A stretch of 62,914 nucleotides of DNA, the filler included, from Rhabdomonas costata (taxonomy: Eukaryota), in assembly GCA_019059605.1 (NCBI GenBank). It is 54 parts of 54 records of this genome, joined end to end, with 100 filler letters (N's around TTAATTAATTAA, not from the genome) between each part and the next. Parts side by side here need not be neighbours in the genome. Positions count along the whole stretch, not along the records: positions 46,678 to 47,744 come from JAHMHO010030401.1; positions 47,845 to 48,911 come from JAHMHO010030402.1; positions 49,012 to 50,078 come from JAHMHO010030403.1; positions 50,179 to 51,244 come from JAHMHO010030404.1; positions 51,345 to 52,411 come from JAHMHO010030405.1; positions 52,512 to 53,578 come from JAHMHO010030406.1; positions 53,679 to 54,745 come from JAHMHO010030407.1; positions 54,846 to 55,912 come from JAHMHO010030408.1; 46 more parts are not named here. One strand, written 5' to 3'. Position numbers and translations under genes: made by a program. Below are positions 46,919 to 58,859 of this stretch, piece by piece (within the stretch, counting starts at the first letter, position 1; each line of letters begins with the position of its first letter). Under the pieces are notes generated by a model. The model saw only the letters and a program-made list of their open reading frames with translations, made no database searches and was not told the DNA's origin.

Positions 46919-49114
46919 GGGGCAAATAGGGCCCTCAAGCAAGCAGGAGGTAGGTGAGGTGGTCGTGCTTTTTTTTGTTGCCAAAAATCTAGCTCATAAT
47001 ATATCTTTCAGTGTGAACATTGTGAAGATTCGAATTCGATTAAACGGGCTATTGAGGACAGCCGAATCTACACAAGATGCCCAAAGCCCCTGACGGGACA
47101 AATGTTGCAGGCGCTTGGCACACCTTCCCAAATCCAGGTCACCGTACACAGCACGCGCGCCAAGCAGATGCCACCAGCAGACAATTAATTACCCTTCTGC
47201 AGGACTTCACATGACATACTATACGAAAAAGAACACACGGCTGAAGCGGAACACTTTCTTCGGTGAAATAGGAAAAGGATCCAAAAGGTCTAATTCGGGA
47301 AAGCAATGGAAAATCAGGAGGGGAGGAGGCGTTCCCACAGACTCACTTGTGGAGCAGCTTCCCCGAGTCAGCACGGCAGTGCGGGGAACCCTGGGGTTGG
47401 CCTTGGGGGCGCCCACGCACGTCTCCGCGACTGCTCTGGCCGTGGTAGCCTGCAAGCCCCCCATGCACACCACAAATCAGAAATCCATAAACCCCATCCA
47501 ACCATCTCATCTGTGTGTCCATCTGTGTGTCCGTGAGAGGCAATGAGGCACGGAGAAGGGTGGAGGGAGCCCTGGAAACGACAGAATGAGGAGGGAAAAC
47601 ATGCCCCGAAGGAATAAGTTCTCCAAGGAGACGTCCAAACTCCACGTTAAGTCACTCACACACGGCCAGATGTGTTCCAAAAAAGCTCCGTGTCAGATCA
47701 GGTTTTGTTTAGGTTTCTCTGAGCATAAAACGTCACCCCCCACCNNNNNNNNNNNNNNNNNNNNNNNNNNNNNNNNNNNNNNNNNNNNTTAATTAATTAA
47801 NNNNNNNNNNNNNNNNNNNNNNNNNNNNNNNNNNNNNNNNNNNNTACTGCTGCTGGCGCAGGTTTGAATGCGAATAAACAGAAAAAATAAACAGTACCCA
47901 AGTAGGGGTGCAGCGACATGCGCAACGAAACCAACCAAAGGGTGGCCATCAGATCTTGAAACGTCTGCGCGAAATGGAAGCTAACGGCTGAGGTCTGTTG
48001 ATACTCAAAAGCAGTATTAAAACCAATCAAGCCCGGTTTGGCATGCTGACCCAAATTTTGTTTGTCCCCTATTCGTCTTTTCTTGTTCCCTCTGCCAAAG
48101 GCTGTTCCGCTGGCAAATGCCAACCTCCTGGCTCTGTCGGACAGTCCCTTTGTTGAGTTCAAGTACATTCGTGGTTCCGAGGACGCCCGCGTGTTCGGTG
48201 CCCAAGCCCCACGCTCGTGTTGTGATATGACGTGAGTTAAAAATAAAATGAAAAACTTTGCCATGATGAATGAATAAACCAGTGGAAAATTCTGTGGGTA
48301 CTGTAGGGACGCATAACAAAGATTAAAATATTGAGGATCTTAGATGGCAATAGTGATCCCCACTTCCTGTCCCTATTCTTGGTCGAGAGAAAACCGCATG
48401 GATTCTTTTTTATCGGGGCTTACCAATTTTTGAAAGCTCGTTTCGGGTCGTCCCAACCCGGGCCCTTTATCACTGCGAGCCCGTTGAAAAAAATTAACCC
48501 TAGCAGAAACGGGCAAGGTGAGGAACCCTCGCGAAGGTGATAAGCCTCGAGGTGACGAAACAAACTGGAGCTCTGCGCCCAAAACAGCGAGCCTCAACCT
48601 GAAAATGGACCGGGATCGAGCAATGTGTGATTTCGAGTAAGGTAACTCCTGCCCATTCGCCTCGCACTCATCCTCCCTCACCTCTGGAGGAAACTTGAGG
48701 TGGCAGGTGTTGAACAGGCAGATCTGAGGGAGCTGCCGGAAGTGCCCTCCCTCGTTGAGGCTGAAGTAGGAAGCAGTTGGGAGCGGCCTAGAACAAGCCC
48801 ATGCATTTTTGCCTCAGCTTCCGCCATCCCTCACGACGGCTGTGCGGGCTAACGACGTCAGATCATGTTGATGAGCAGACAATCTAAAATGTATACGGAA
48901 GCAAAAACAACNNNNNNNNNNNNNNNNNNNNNNNNNNNNNNNNNNNNNNNNNNNNTTAATTAATTAANNNNNNNNNNNNNNNNNNNNNNNNNNNNNNNNN
49001 NNNNNNNNNNNGTTTTGTGGGGTAACCGCAAAGCATAGAAGTTCTTTGCCATATAAAAACTTTGAGCTCCACCCAACTCATGAGATGAGATTCACGAGAC
49101 ACCGGGCACCGCAC

Positions 49115-49354
49115 CTGAGCGAAGCTAGTCTCCAGTTTCCGCTCGGCCTCTGGGAGGCCCAGCTTGTGCACGTCGATGTCGACGATCTTCTTGGCGACGT
49201 TGTCCTTCTTCTTGTCCTGCTCCTCGATCTTCCGCTTTGACTCCGCCCGCTTCGCGACGTCCCGGCGGCTCTGCGCCCGGATCGCTGGGGGAAGCGCCGA
49301 GTTGGCTGCCAGTACGGTGGGGTCCACCGCCTTCTCAGGGATGTCGATGATGAC
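49115..49354 (-). CDS. Hypothetical protein exon (80 aa, charged)
   Basis: AG|...|GTGCGG-bounded, phase 0, very high GC3: VIIDIPEKAVDPTVLAANSALPPAIRAQSRRDVAKRAESKRKIEEQDKKK... Confidence 0.7.
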
Positions 49355-52300
49355 CTTGGGGGGGGGGAATCATCATGCCACGCGGAACGCACCACATGCA
49401 AAATAGGCAAGTCACAACCGGAAACTCAGAAATGGCATGCACGGTTTTTCATTGCAAGTGTCATCGCCCATATGAATGTCCTTCTGGGAGCATGACATGT
49501 AATGAACGTCGAAGATTTCTCGTGCGCGAGCAGAAAACCGGGGAGATGTGTGGGATACTGCAAAGTGATTAGTGTAATTTTTGTTGGGTGATTCCATGAT
49601 GAAACCAAAAGGTATTTTACAGGACGACCTGAAAAAACAGTGAGACATGAAGCACTGCTGTGACGAATGCGCCGAAAGCGAATGTATTTCGGCTGATTCT
49701 GTGTTTGTGTTGGTTTCTGAAGCGAATTGTGGATTCTGTGACCGGCTGCTCCAAGAGAGGAGCATCTAAAGTTCGGGTTTGAACCCAAGCATACGTTTTG
49801 GTACAATTCTGAGTTTACGGTGTACGTATCTCAGGAAACGACGCACCGTAGTCAAAAAGAAGCCCTAAGACTTAATGACTGAGGAAGCACTGCGCCACTA
49901 TCACGCTTCATCCGATGTGCGATGTGTGCTTGCTTGCGCGTGGGAGGCCGCGAGCAGTGCAGATTTTCGAGGTAACAGCAAGTTGAGACCTTGTGAGAAA
50001 CCGCCTTCGGAAGCAAGCCCGCAGAGACGGTGGTAGACAACACCGTGCGGGAGGGAGCGAAATCCTCCCCCCACAACCNNNNNNNNNNNNNNNNNNNNNN
50101 NNNNNNNNNNNNNNNNNNNNNNTTAATTAATTAANNNNNNNNNNNNNNNNNNNNNNNNNNNNNNNNNNNNNNNNNNNNGAAAGAAAGAAAAGAAACCCAA
50201 GTCGATCTGGAGGGAGTAAAACTAAGGGCGACCATTGAAAATTCTCTTTTGGATTGCGTTAATCCACAAGATGCACTTCGCCCAACCGGTCCAGGGAGGT
50301 AACTTGTGGAAACCATGATACAAAGTAGCTCAGCATCATGAAGAGGCAAAACCTGCCCTGCCACACGAGAACTACACAATTTTCGGCATCGAAGAAACCA
50401 AGATCACTGCTCAGTAAAAAAACCTCACATAGTGAGCACAGAGCGCCCGAGAAGGAGCACAACGTTGTCTACACTTCAGTGCAGAAGTGTGAGTACACAG
50501 AGAGTGCCCTTAAACGTACAATTTGCTGCACAGGAATGCTGGCAAGGGGGAGGCCGGGGAAGGTGGTGAAGGTGGAATTAGAATAGGAGTGGGGAAGCAC
50601 CTCCTCCTCGGGGAACGCGGAGAAGAGTTTGATGTGCTTCGCCATGCTGTGTTGCCCGATTGCTGCGTCCTCGGCCAGCGGGGTGAGCATGAATTTGAGG
50701 GGGGGAGCAACTTCTTACACACCAGCGTCTTGGCTGTAGTGCTGATGAAGGCCGGCCAGCACAGCACACTGCCCACCTTGTACAGCCGCTGAATGCGCGC
50801 TAAAAGCGCCAACGAGCGTAGAGGCCCGCACTTTTTCAGTTCTTCCTTTGCCGGTGGGTGCATCAGACCCACATCCAAAAGACCTGACTCCAGGTTGAAC
50901 TTCGCAATATTCGCGAGTGTCAGCTCACAGCGGAAATAACAAAAAAACAAGGCTACGGAGTCAGACATTTTCATGAGTCAGGGAAGTCAACCGAAAATAC
51001 TGGCACTCAGATTCCTTCATCTTACAAAGCGCGCAGGCGTCGGAAACATGGAGGATCGTGCGTGCACAACAAAACCCGGCAGTCGGCCATATTCTGGAAT
51101 CTGGGGAGGCAAGGAGCTTACTGAGGTGAGCTAGAAAAAAGAAATATCTGCCAACATTATACTGCCAAACACATCTCTACATCCAATACGAAGCACTTAG
51201 GTGGCCGAGAGGAGGAGGACAGTACGCGGAGTAGCAAGCAGCTCNNNNNNNNNNNNNNNNNNNNNNNNNNNNNNNNNNNNNNNNNNNNTTAATTAATTAA
51301 NNNNNNNNNNNNNNNNNNNNNNNNNNNNNNNNNNNNNNNNNNNNTTTTGTTGTGTTTTCACAGAGGAGGTTCAGCAGAATTACAGCGGAACCGCAGGCAA
51401 GAGCCGCGAAGACCCGAGGCAACATCAGAGTGAAAGTGGTGAAAAAGGGTGTGGCGTTAGTGCGGTGAACACAGGACATGGTGTGTGTGTGCGGTGGCGT
51501 GCACCTTCCACAGCCTTCTTTTTTTGGTTGAGATTGTGGAAAGGCATAAGGGTCGAGACCCGCCCATCGAAACCACTCCACAGCCCAGAAGGTGTGTGCA
51601 CCAAGGCCCGACCAAGAGACCCCCCGTGCCTAGAGCAGCCTTCACGAGCCACAAGTGACCCCCCATGGTCTGCAGAGTAGTGCGACCATAGGTCTCCAGA
51701 TTTACGCCAATGCGGCTTGGTAAATAGAAAAGTGGTTGGCACACCACGCCCCCGTTTCAGAAAGGCAACGCCAGCAGAATGAACCGCAAGAGCGACCCCC
51801 GGACGAACGGAATAGACCTCCGCCACGTTCTATGTGCCAATACACCTAGTAAAGCCGAGGCATAGCCCACCTTGTGCAATCAATGTCGGAATACAGTCCA
51901 TCTCGAGTGGGATCCAGAGGCAGGACCGCCCAAAGAGGTTGGATCCACTCAAGAGTTTCCGCAGTATAGTTGGAGTGTGACAATTGGTAGCAGAGGATTG
52001 TTTACGACCCGCTTTTAGCGCAACGTGCGATGAAAGGTCTACCATGTTGACACCTGGTAGCAGATGAATAAGTCGATAAAGCCACTTGCGGCACGAGGAG
52101 CGCAGCTCTGTGTTGGAGTACCACGTATCATTTTGTGACACCTGGTAGCAGATACACGATTTGGTGCAAATTCCGCTGTGAAATTAAGCGAGGAGTGATC
52201 CACATTTACACGTTTTTGCAGTGTTTCATGGAGCAAAAGACCCCCACAGCGAGGAATGCCGCGGAAACAGGAGAAGATAGGCAAGCATTTCATCCACATA

Positions 52301-54147
52301 ATGCTTGTAGAGATTTACGGTCGATCAATGTACACAGTGGATTAGTAGCGTAAATGCAAAAAGCGTCCGCTGGCTCGTGCAGCGCAGAGGACGCGAGGAG
52401 ACCCAACCACCNNNNNNNNNNNNNNNNNNNNNNNNNNNNNNNNNNNNNNNNNNNNTTAATTAATTAANNNNNNNNNNNNNNNNNNNNNNNNNNNNNNNNN
52501 NNNNNNNNNNNTGTTTGGGGAGTTGCTGGGTTGTTTGTTTGCGTTACCGTTTATTTGTTTCTGAGCACCTACTGGTGGTAAGGGGAACTGGGGTAAGTAA
52601 GCTGCTCCGGCTGGGAAAGATGGAGGGCGGTTCTTTCGTGGCTCTGGTTCTCTTTACATTGTAGTACTAGTGAAGGCGCTCGATATTCATCGCCATATAG
52701 AGTGAGGTGGGGTGGGTGATTGAGATGACTGAAATATATATTTGAATGGTTCGTTTCTGACAAAGTGAAGATGATTTTGTGGTGTGTTTGTAGTTTATTC
52801 GGGTTTCCGGTTCACGTATTTTTCCATTATAATGTCGTGATATTTCGCTTTTCTCTCGCTTAGCTGACTGTTCACATGGCTTTTTGTGACATCCTTTGCG
52901 ACTCCTTTTTCTTCCTGCTTTGATCTAGGTTATTCTACCCCCATTCTACCGCCATCTTTGAAATGGTAGATATTCTTGTTTTTTTCTGCCCTCGAATGTG
53001 TCCTTCCTTTACCCTTTATCCTTCAGTGTAATACAGGCGTTCTCTCTTTTCTCTTTCGTACTCCATTCTTTTGTGCCCTTTCTCGTCAGTTGTATTGATG
53101 TCGTTGTTTTGAACCTTCAACCCTTTTCGAGAAGTCTTTCGGGTACCGGCTTGGAAGGATGTTTGTGTTAATGCAAACCCGTGGATTGATGCAGAAACGT
53201 CATCTGCGGCAATTTGTCAGTGATCTGAATACATCAGTTCTTGGCACTCACCTTAACCCCACATCGTTTTGGAGCTGGGGTTTTTCGATCTTCCTTTCTT
53301 TTAACGCGCTGCCGCTGCGCTTGCAGTGGTGCTCAGCATTTGATTTGTTAGAACGACGCGTTCTCTCCGTTTTTCAGAGATGAATATGTTAGCTGACAGC
53401 GAAACAAAAATACAGTAGCTTTCCCGCTTGGGAGGTGCGGAACGATGTGTAAAAGCTAAACTGTGCAGACAGTTCCCAAAAGATTCCGCAAACACATACA
53501 TAAAATTTGTGGATTTTTTGTATGTGTTTGCGGAATCTTTTGGGAACTGTCTGCACAGTTTAGCTTTTACACAACACCNNNNNNNNNNNNNNNNNNNNNN
53601 NNNNNNNNNNNNNNNNNNNNNNTTAATTAATTAANNNNNNNNNNNNNNNNNNNNNNNNNNNNNNNNNNNNNNNNNNNNTTGTTTGGTGGATTTCGGTTAT
53701 TCGTCTGTGGTTTTTCAGCTTGCCAATGGCGAGTTGAAGAGTGTACTAGAAGGGAAGAAGGGACCTTTTGCTCTTCTACCTCTGCGTGCCGCGTCTCTCG
53801 CTGCTGCGCCTCATACGTGTACTCATATGAGTGAGATGGTCGGTTGACCTTTTTTTTCACTGGATTTCCGCTATCGGCCATACGTCGTTCCAATTCCCGA
53901 TGGAAAAGTGGAACAGGGAACTGTTTGCTCCTCTGTCATTCGTTGGTTTCGGATTCGTGGGCCGAGCATCGATCGCCCGATAAGACTTGACCTCCTCTTG
54001 TTTTTATAGGATATATTCCATCTTGCTCTGCCCCCCCCCCGCTCCCTGGAGCGGTTTAGGTTGGCTCCTCTTTGCTTAGACGCATCTGATGTATCGGATG
54101 ACAAGTGGCAGTGTGAAATACCATCCGTGCTCGTGCGGCCTGTGTAG

Positions 54148-54624
54148 GAATTCCGAGCGTACCTCCCGGAGGCCGTGCTGGGCTCCGCGGAGGCGGCCGC
54201 GAGTGAGGCCGGGGCTGACCCTGAGGAGCAGGAGAAGCCTGGCCACACGGACAGCCCACGCACCAGCAGCAACTGCCGTGTCGTCCCGGTCAAGGGGTCC
54301 TTCCGGCAGGGGCAATCCCCTGCTGAGGGCCCGCATGGGCTGGCCACCAGCCGAAGTTCGGAGACGATAATCAGCGAGCACACCCCGGTGCAACGCAACA
54401 AACCCCAAGATGCTCCAGGACGAAGGGCTTCTCGGGGCACCCGAAGGGGCTCTCGGGCCTCTGTGATGCCGCACTACGCCCCCAACGTGAACCGGCAGGT
54501 GGGCGTTCTGAACCACCGCATGGTCTCCGTGCTGCAGATGGACATGGGCGGGTTCCACCACCTTCTGGACGATGAGAGCTCGCTGATTTCGATCCACTCC
54601 TCGGTGATTCAGGCCACCATTCAG
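54148..54624 (+). CDS. Class III adenylate/guanylate cyclase-like protein, internal exon
   Basis: A 159-codon exon starting EFRAYLPEAVL (signalling-helix-like segment), then a disordered linker, then VSVLQMDMGGFH (first cyclase strand with the metal-binding Asp). Confidence 0.75.
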
Positions 54625-55087
54625 GTGCGTGACTTTCCGTTTGAAACGGGTTTTTCGGTTATGAGGGAGAACCTACCATTCCATTTGCAGATGGGTTTGA
54701 GGTCTTTCTATTGTGCGAGTGGAATGGTAGGTTCTCCCCCCACAANNNNNNNNNNNNNNNNNNNNNNNNNNNNNNNNNNNNNNNNNNNNTTAATTAATTA
54801 ANNNNNNNNNNNNNNNNNNNNNNNNNNNNNNNNNNNNNNNNNNNNGGGGTGTTTGCAAAACCCAATGCCAAAGCTCTTCGCATGGGGTTTTGCATACATC
54901 CTACAAACGTCCACACAACAAATCAACCTGGACATACCTTCATCGTGCTCCAGGGAAAGGCAAAAAAACCTTCAAAGTCCAAGAAATGTGTCGAGTGCTA
55001 ATTATGGATGCAGTTGGATTATGGATGCACTTGCAGAATTGCGGATATTGCATCCTTGTGTGCGTTTAAGCGGGGAGGAGGTAGCAC

Positions 55088-55905
55088 CGCTCTGGGGTGC
55101 CGGTATAGGGGTCCGCTGCGATGGCGCGTCGGGCGGCTTCGCCGAACCTCACCGTGGCCACGGTGGCCTCCTGGAAGTCCGCCCCACTCTTGAGCACCCA
55201 CGTGCCCTGGATGTGTGTGGCAGAAGAGAGAAGAAGGGCCGCTACCTACGACAAAAGGATAGCGGTCTTCTAAGCTGATCTCTGTTTTATCGTACTGACA
55301 CTGATCCGCTGTGAAGGCTAACGCTTATCCGTCTCATTGTCCCAGGTTGTAGGCGACGAGAACTTTAAAAGGTGAATTTTAAAAGGTGAAAGGCGGTTGT
55401 CAGCCGACATACACACAAGCACAAACACAATAACTCACGAAGACGAACTCCACTCCCTTTCCAAAACATTCATCTATGGCGATTCTCTCGAAAATACGCT
55501 TCAGAGCAACTCTCGATGAAAGGGTGAAATGCCAACCTGGGGACCGCGGCGGCGAGCATCATAGCGGTAGCCATGTCCCCCCAAAACCATGTCGATCTCG
55601 CTGACCTGCCGAATGCATTCAGATATATACTCACCGCAACGATGTACGAATTATAAAGACGGAATTATAAAGACAGAGTCTTTCCTCAATGGAAGGAGAA
55701 GACATGACCACAGCCACACAAGCAGCCACGGACCTCGAAGGCCAGAGTGAAGTCATTGGCCTCGCTCATGTGGGTGAGCGCGATGATCAGCTCGCACCCC
55801 TCCTCAGCGCGCAGCTGGGCAGCCACCCGGCGCCCCGCGATGACGAAGTGCTCATAGGCCACCTCCGTCGGGCTCAGTGTGGCCACGGCGGAGAGCCACT
55901 CAAAC
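55088..55905 (-). CDS. 5'-nucleotidase/apyrase family metallophosphoesterase, three exons
   Basis: Exons ~55905-55734 (EGCELIIALTHMSEANDFTLA), 55605-55537 (VSEIDMVLGGHG) and 55206-55088 (WVLKSGADF) splice in phase. Confidence 0.9.
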
Positions 55906-57179
55906 ACCACCCNNNNNNNNNNNNNNNNNNNNNNNNNNNNNNNNNNNNNNNNNNNNTTAATTAATTAANNNNNNNNNNNNNNNNNNNNNNNNNNNNNNNN
56001 NNNNNNNNNNNNTGTGGTTGTGTGTGTGTCCATCTGCATGTGAGATGGCCGTTTGAGGGCGTGGAGCACAAAGGACACTCAGCACGGCTTCTCGGGCCTC
56101 GGTGTGGATGGGACCTTCATGCTTTTGGTCATGCGGGAATGCATCCGGGTGGCCTGCTTTGCGGAGCAGGAGACGCTCCTGGATGAGCCCTTGTCCGTCA
56201 GCAGACGCAGCAGGAGGCGAAGGGATGACCGCCTGGCCTACCAAAAATACCTTGCTGAAGCACAAGGCGGAGAGCGTCGAGGACACTCACGCCTGCGGAA
56301 ATCTGCTGAGATGCCCTAAAAGGCTGCTGCTGATGACTCGACAAGACCCAGAAGCCGGTCCACCCCGTGAAGGAGATTCGGGGACCGCACCACGGTCATA
56401 GCGCTCCCGTGGTAAGAAGAAGATGGTCTGATAGTCCGGGGCAGAAAGAGGATTAAAGAGAGGCACCGAGCCACGGAATGATTGAAATTCCAATGGCAAG
56501 TGGAAAAAGTCAGCGGACGAGGAGAAGAACAAGGAGCCCGATCCTCGAGAAGCTGAAGAGCTTGGTTGGGCCCCCATCAAACCGCGGTTCTAATGCGCCA
56601 GAGAGGATTCCGAAATACCTTCGCCCATCATCAGAGGAAGGGGTGGTCATTCCACGCCCAAAGCAGCGGCCCGGAGTCGGGAAAATCCATCAAAACCCTG
56701 CCTGGAGGAAAACTCCGAACGAACTTGTGCCTTCTGCAAATAGTGTGTGTACATGCGTGTATATGTGCTTGTTGTTTAATCCTCTCTTTTTCTTTTGTGC
56801 CCCCGGCTGTGTGGGGCAAGAAGCGACGCAAAATGGCAAACGGGAAACAAACGGGAGCCGCCATGGGGCACCACTACCGGCCGAAGGGGACCCCAACCCC
56901 AAGAACCGGCCATGCAGCGTTTCAGGAGGCCTGTTGTACATACAAAAGACCCCTGGCACAACAAGCGATTGTTCTCGCGAGGAAAGTAGCCTGATAGAAG
57001 ATGGAGGAACTCGGCCTGGGCCCAGGGTCCTTGTCTGCTGTCATGTTTATAAGGTCTCACCGGAGGACCCACAAAAAACNNNNNNNNNNNNNNNNNNNNN
57101 NNNNNNNNNNNNNNNNNNNNNNNTTAATTAATTAANNNNNNNNNNNNNNNNNNNNNNNNNNNNNNNNNNNNNNNNNNNN

Positions 57180-57439
57180 ATTGGGGTTGGGTGTGGGGAT
57201 TCCTTGTTGTGTGGTGCCGGTTCGAAGTGGTTGTGGTGGTGGGAGTAGTCTGCCGAGGCAGAGCTCGCGGAGTTCAGACCGTACATTTCGTTGAACATGC
57301 CCTGGTCCATTGGGATCCCAGTGCTGCTCATATCCATCGACTCGCCAGAGGACACGCCCCAGCCCGTGCGGCCGTACCCACCGTACCCACCATACCCACC
57401 ATACCCGCCGTAGACGCCCGTGCTGCTGTTGGCGCCCAT
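57180..57439 (-). CDS. 5' end of a Gly/Tyr-rich protein with an N-myristoylation-like start
   Basis: MGANSSTGVYGGYGGYGGYGGYGRTGW..., with high GC3, an MGxxxS motif and an upstream TTTTTACAG acceptor-like site at ~57492. Confidence 0.65.
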
Positions 57440-58823
57440 TGTAATACAGGAGGGCGGAGAAGGAAGAAATACAACAAAGAAGACTTGGCACTGTAAAAAC
57501 GGCAATCCAGGAACGAGATCAGCTCCCTTCAGCTCGAAACCATGCACTCTCTCCCATGGTCTTCAGCAAGTCATTTCTTGTTGCGAAGTTTGAAAAGTTT
57601 TGACAGTTTCGCGCGCAAAAAACGGAGGGACCTAAGAATACAAATAGTGCGATCGCCTTTTTACAAAAGGGCAGCAAAAAGGGGCGGGCGATATTCGATG
57701 GCCCCACTCCACCAGTCGTCGTTTTCATCTTAGAAACTATGCAACGCTCCCCTGCGCTTGCAAAGGTTTTGACCGGGTTGTGCTTTGATGGAAGTGTTGG
57801 AGAGGACCGTCCAAAGGAGGGAAATACTTTTGTAGGCGGTGGGTGTGGTGTCCGAGAAGTGTAAAAGTTCAGTCCACCCTTCCCATTGTTCAGAACCAAA
57901 AATAGGAATTTCGCAAAAGGACGACATGGTGGAAAAAATTCCACCATATCCGGGGGAACAGACACCACTCACAATAAAGAAGACAACAACCGCAGATTGC
58001 ACATTTTGAACGAGAAAAATACAAGGCGAGGTATTTACAGAAAACCAAGAAGTCTTGAATGCGTGCGGGCGCCCTCAAGGGGGCACGCGCCAACGAGCAC
58101 ACACACACACACACACACGGCTGCCGTCGGTGCATACTAGCACCAACCCATCGTAAGCTTCTCGTTGGCAAGCCGGGACTGACCAACGGTAATCTCTAGA
58201 GAGTCGGCAATCTCCTTGGGCGGAAATCCTGTGGACAACCAACACCNNNNNNNNNNNNNNNNNNNNNNNNNNNNNNNNNNNNNNNNNNNNTTAATTAATT
58301 AANNNNNNNNNNNNNNNNNNNNNNNNNNNNNNNNNNNNNNNNNNNNATCTACAGGCCATTTCACTTAATTCTCGATGGTTGCTCCTAACCATGTGAGAGA
58401 ATATTGCGACCTTCGGTTCAGCAATATTTTTGGGGAGCATGTGTGTGTGTGTGTGTGTGTGTGTGGGAGTTCATTTGTCTCATTAACGACCAAGATTGCC
58501 GGAGAAAAGCATGATGGAAGAAATGGCTCAAGCGGTTAGGCAAAAGCAACACCCCATCAATCAATAAATCGCTAGACCGGAAGAACGACATTGGATACAA
58601 TGCACCTGCTGATGTCCGTTTCAGATGGTCCACCAGGGGAAGCTTGCTGGGACGCCATTGTTTGGTGGGTTGCAACAAAGTGTTAGGAGCACACCGTACG
58701 GAAGCAAAACGCACACCCAAAACGCCACACAAGCTGCAAGAGGAAGGCGGAGGAATGTCCCCCGGAAAAGCACCACCAGCACGAGCATGGATTTCAGTCT
58801 TCCATAAACAACATCGTCTTGTA

Positions 58824-58859
58824 CGATTTCGATTTCGATTTCGATTTCGATTTCGATTT
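58824..58859. repeat. (CGATTT)6 microsatellite
   Basis: Six tandem hexamers. Confidence 0.95.
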
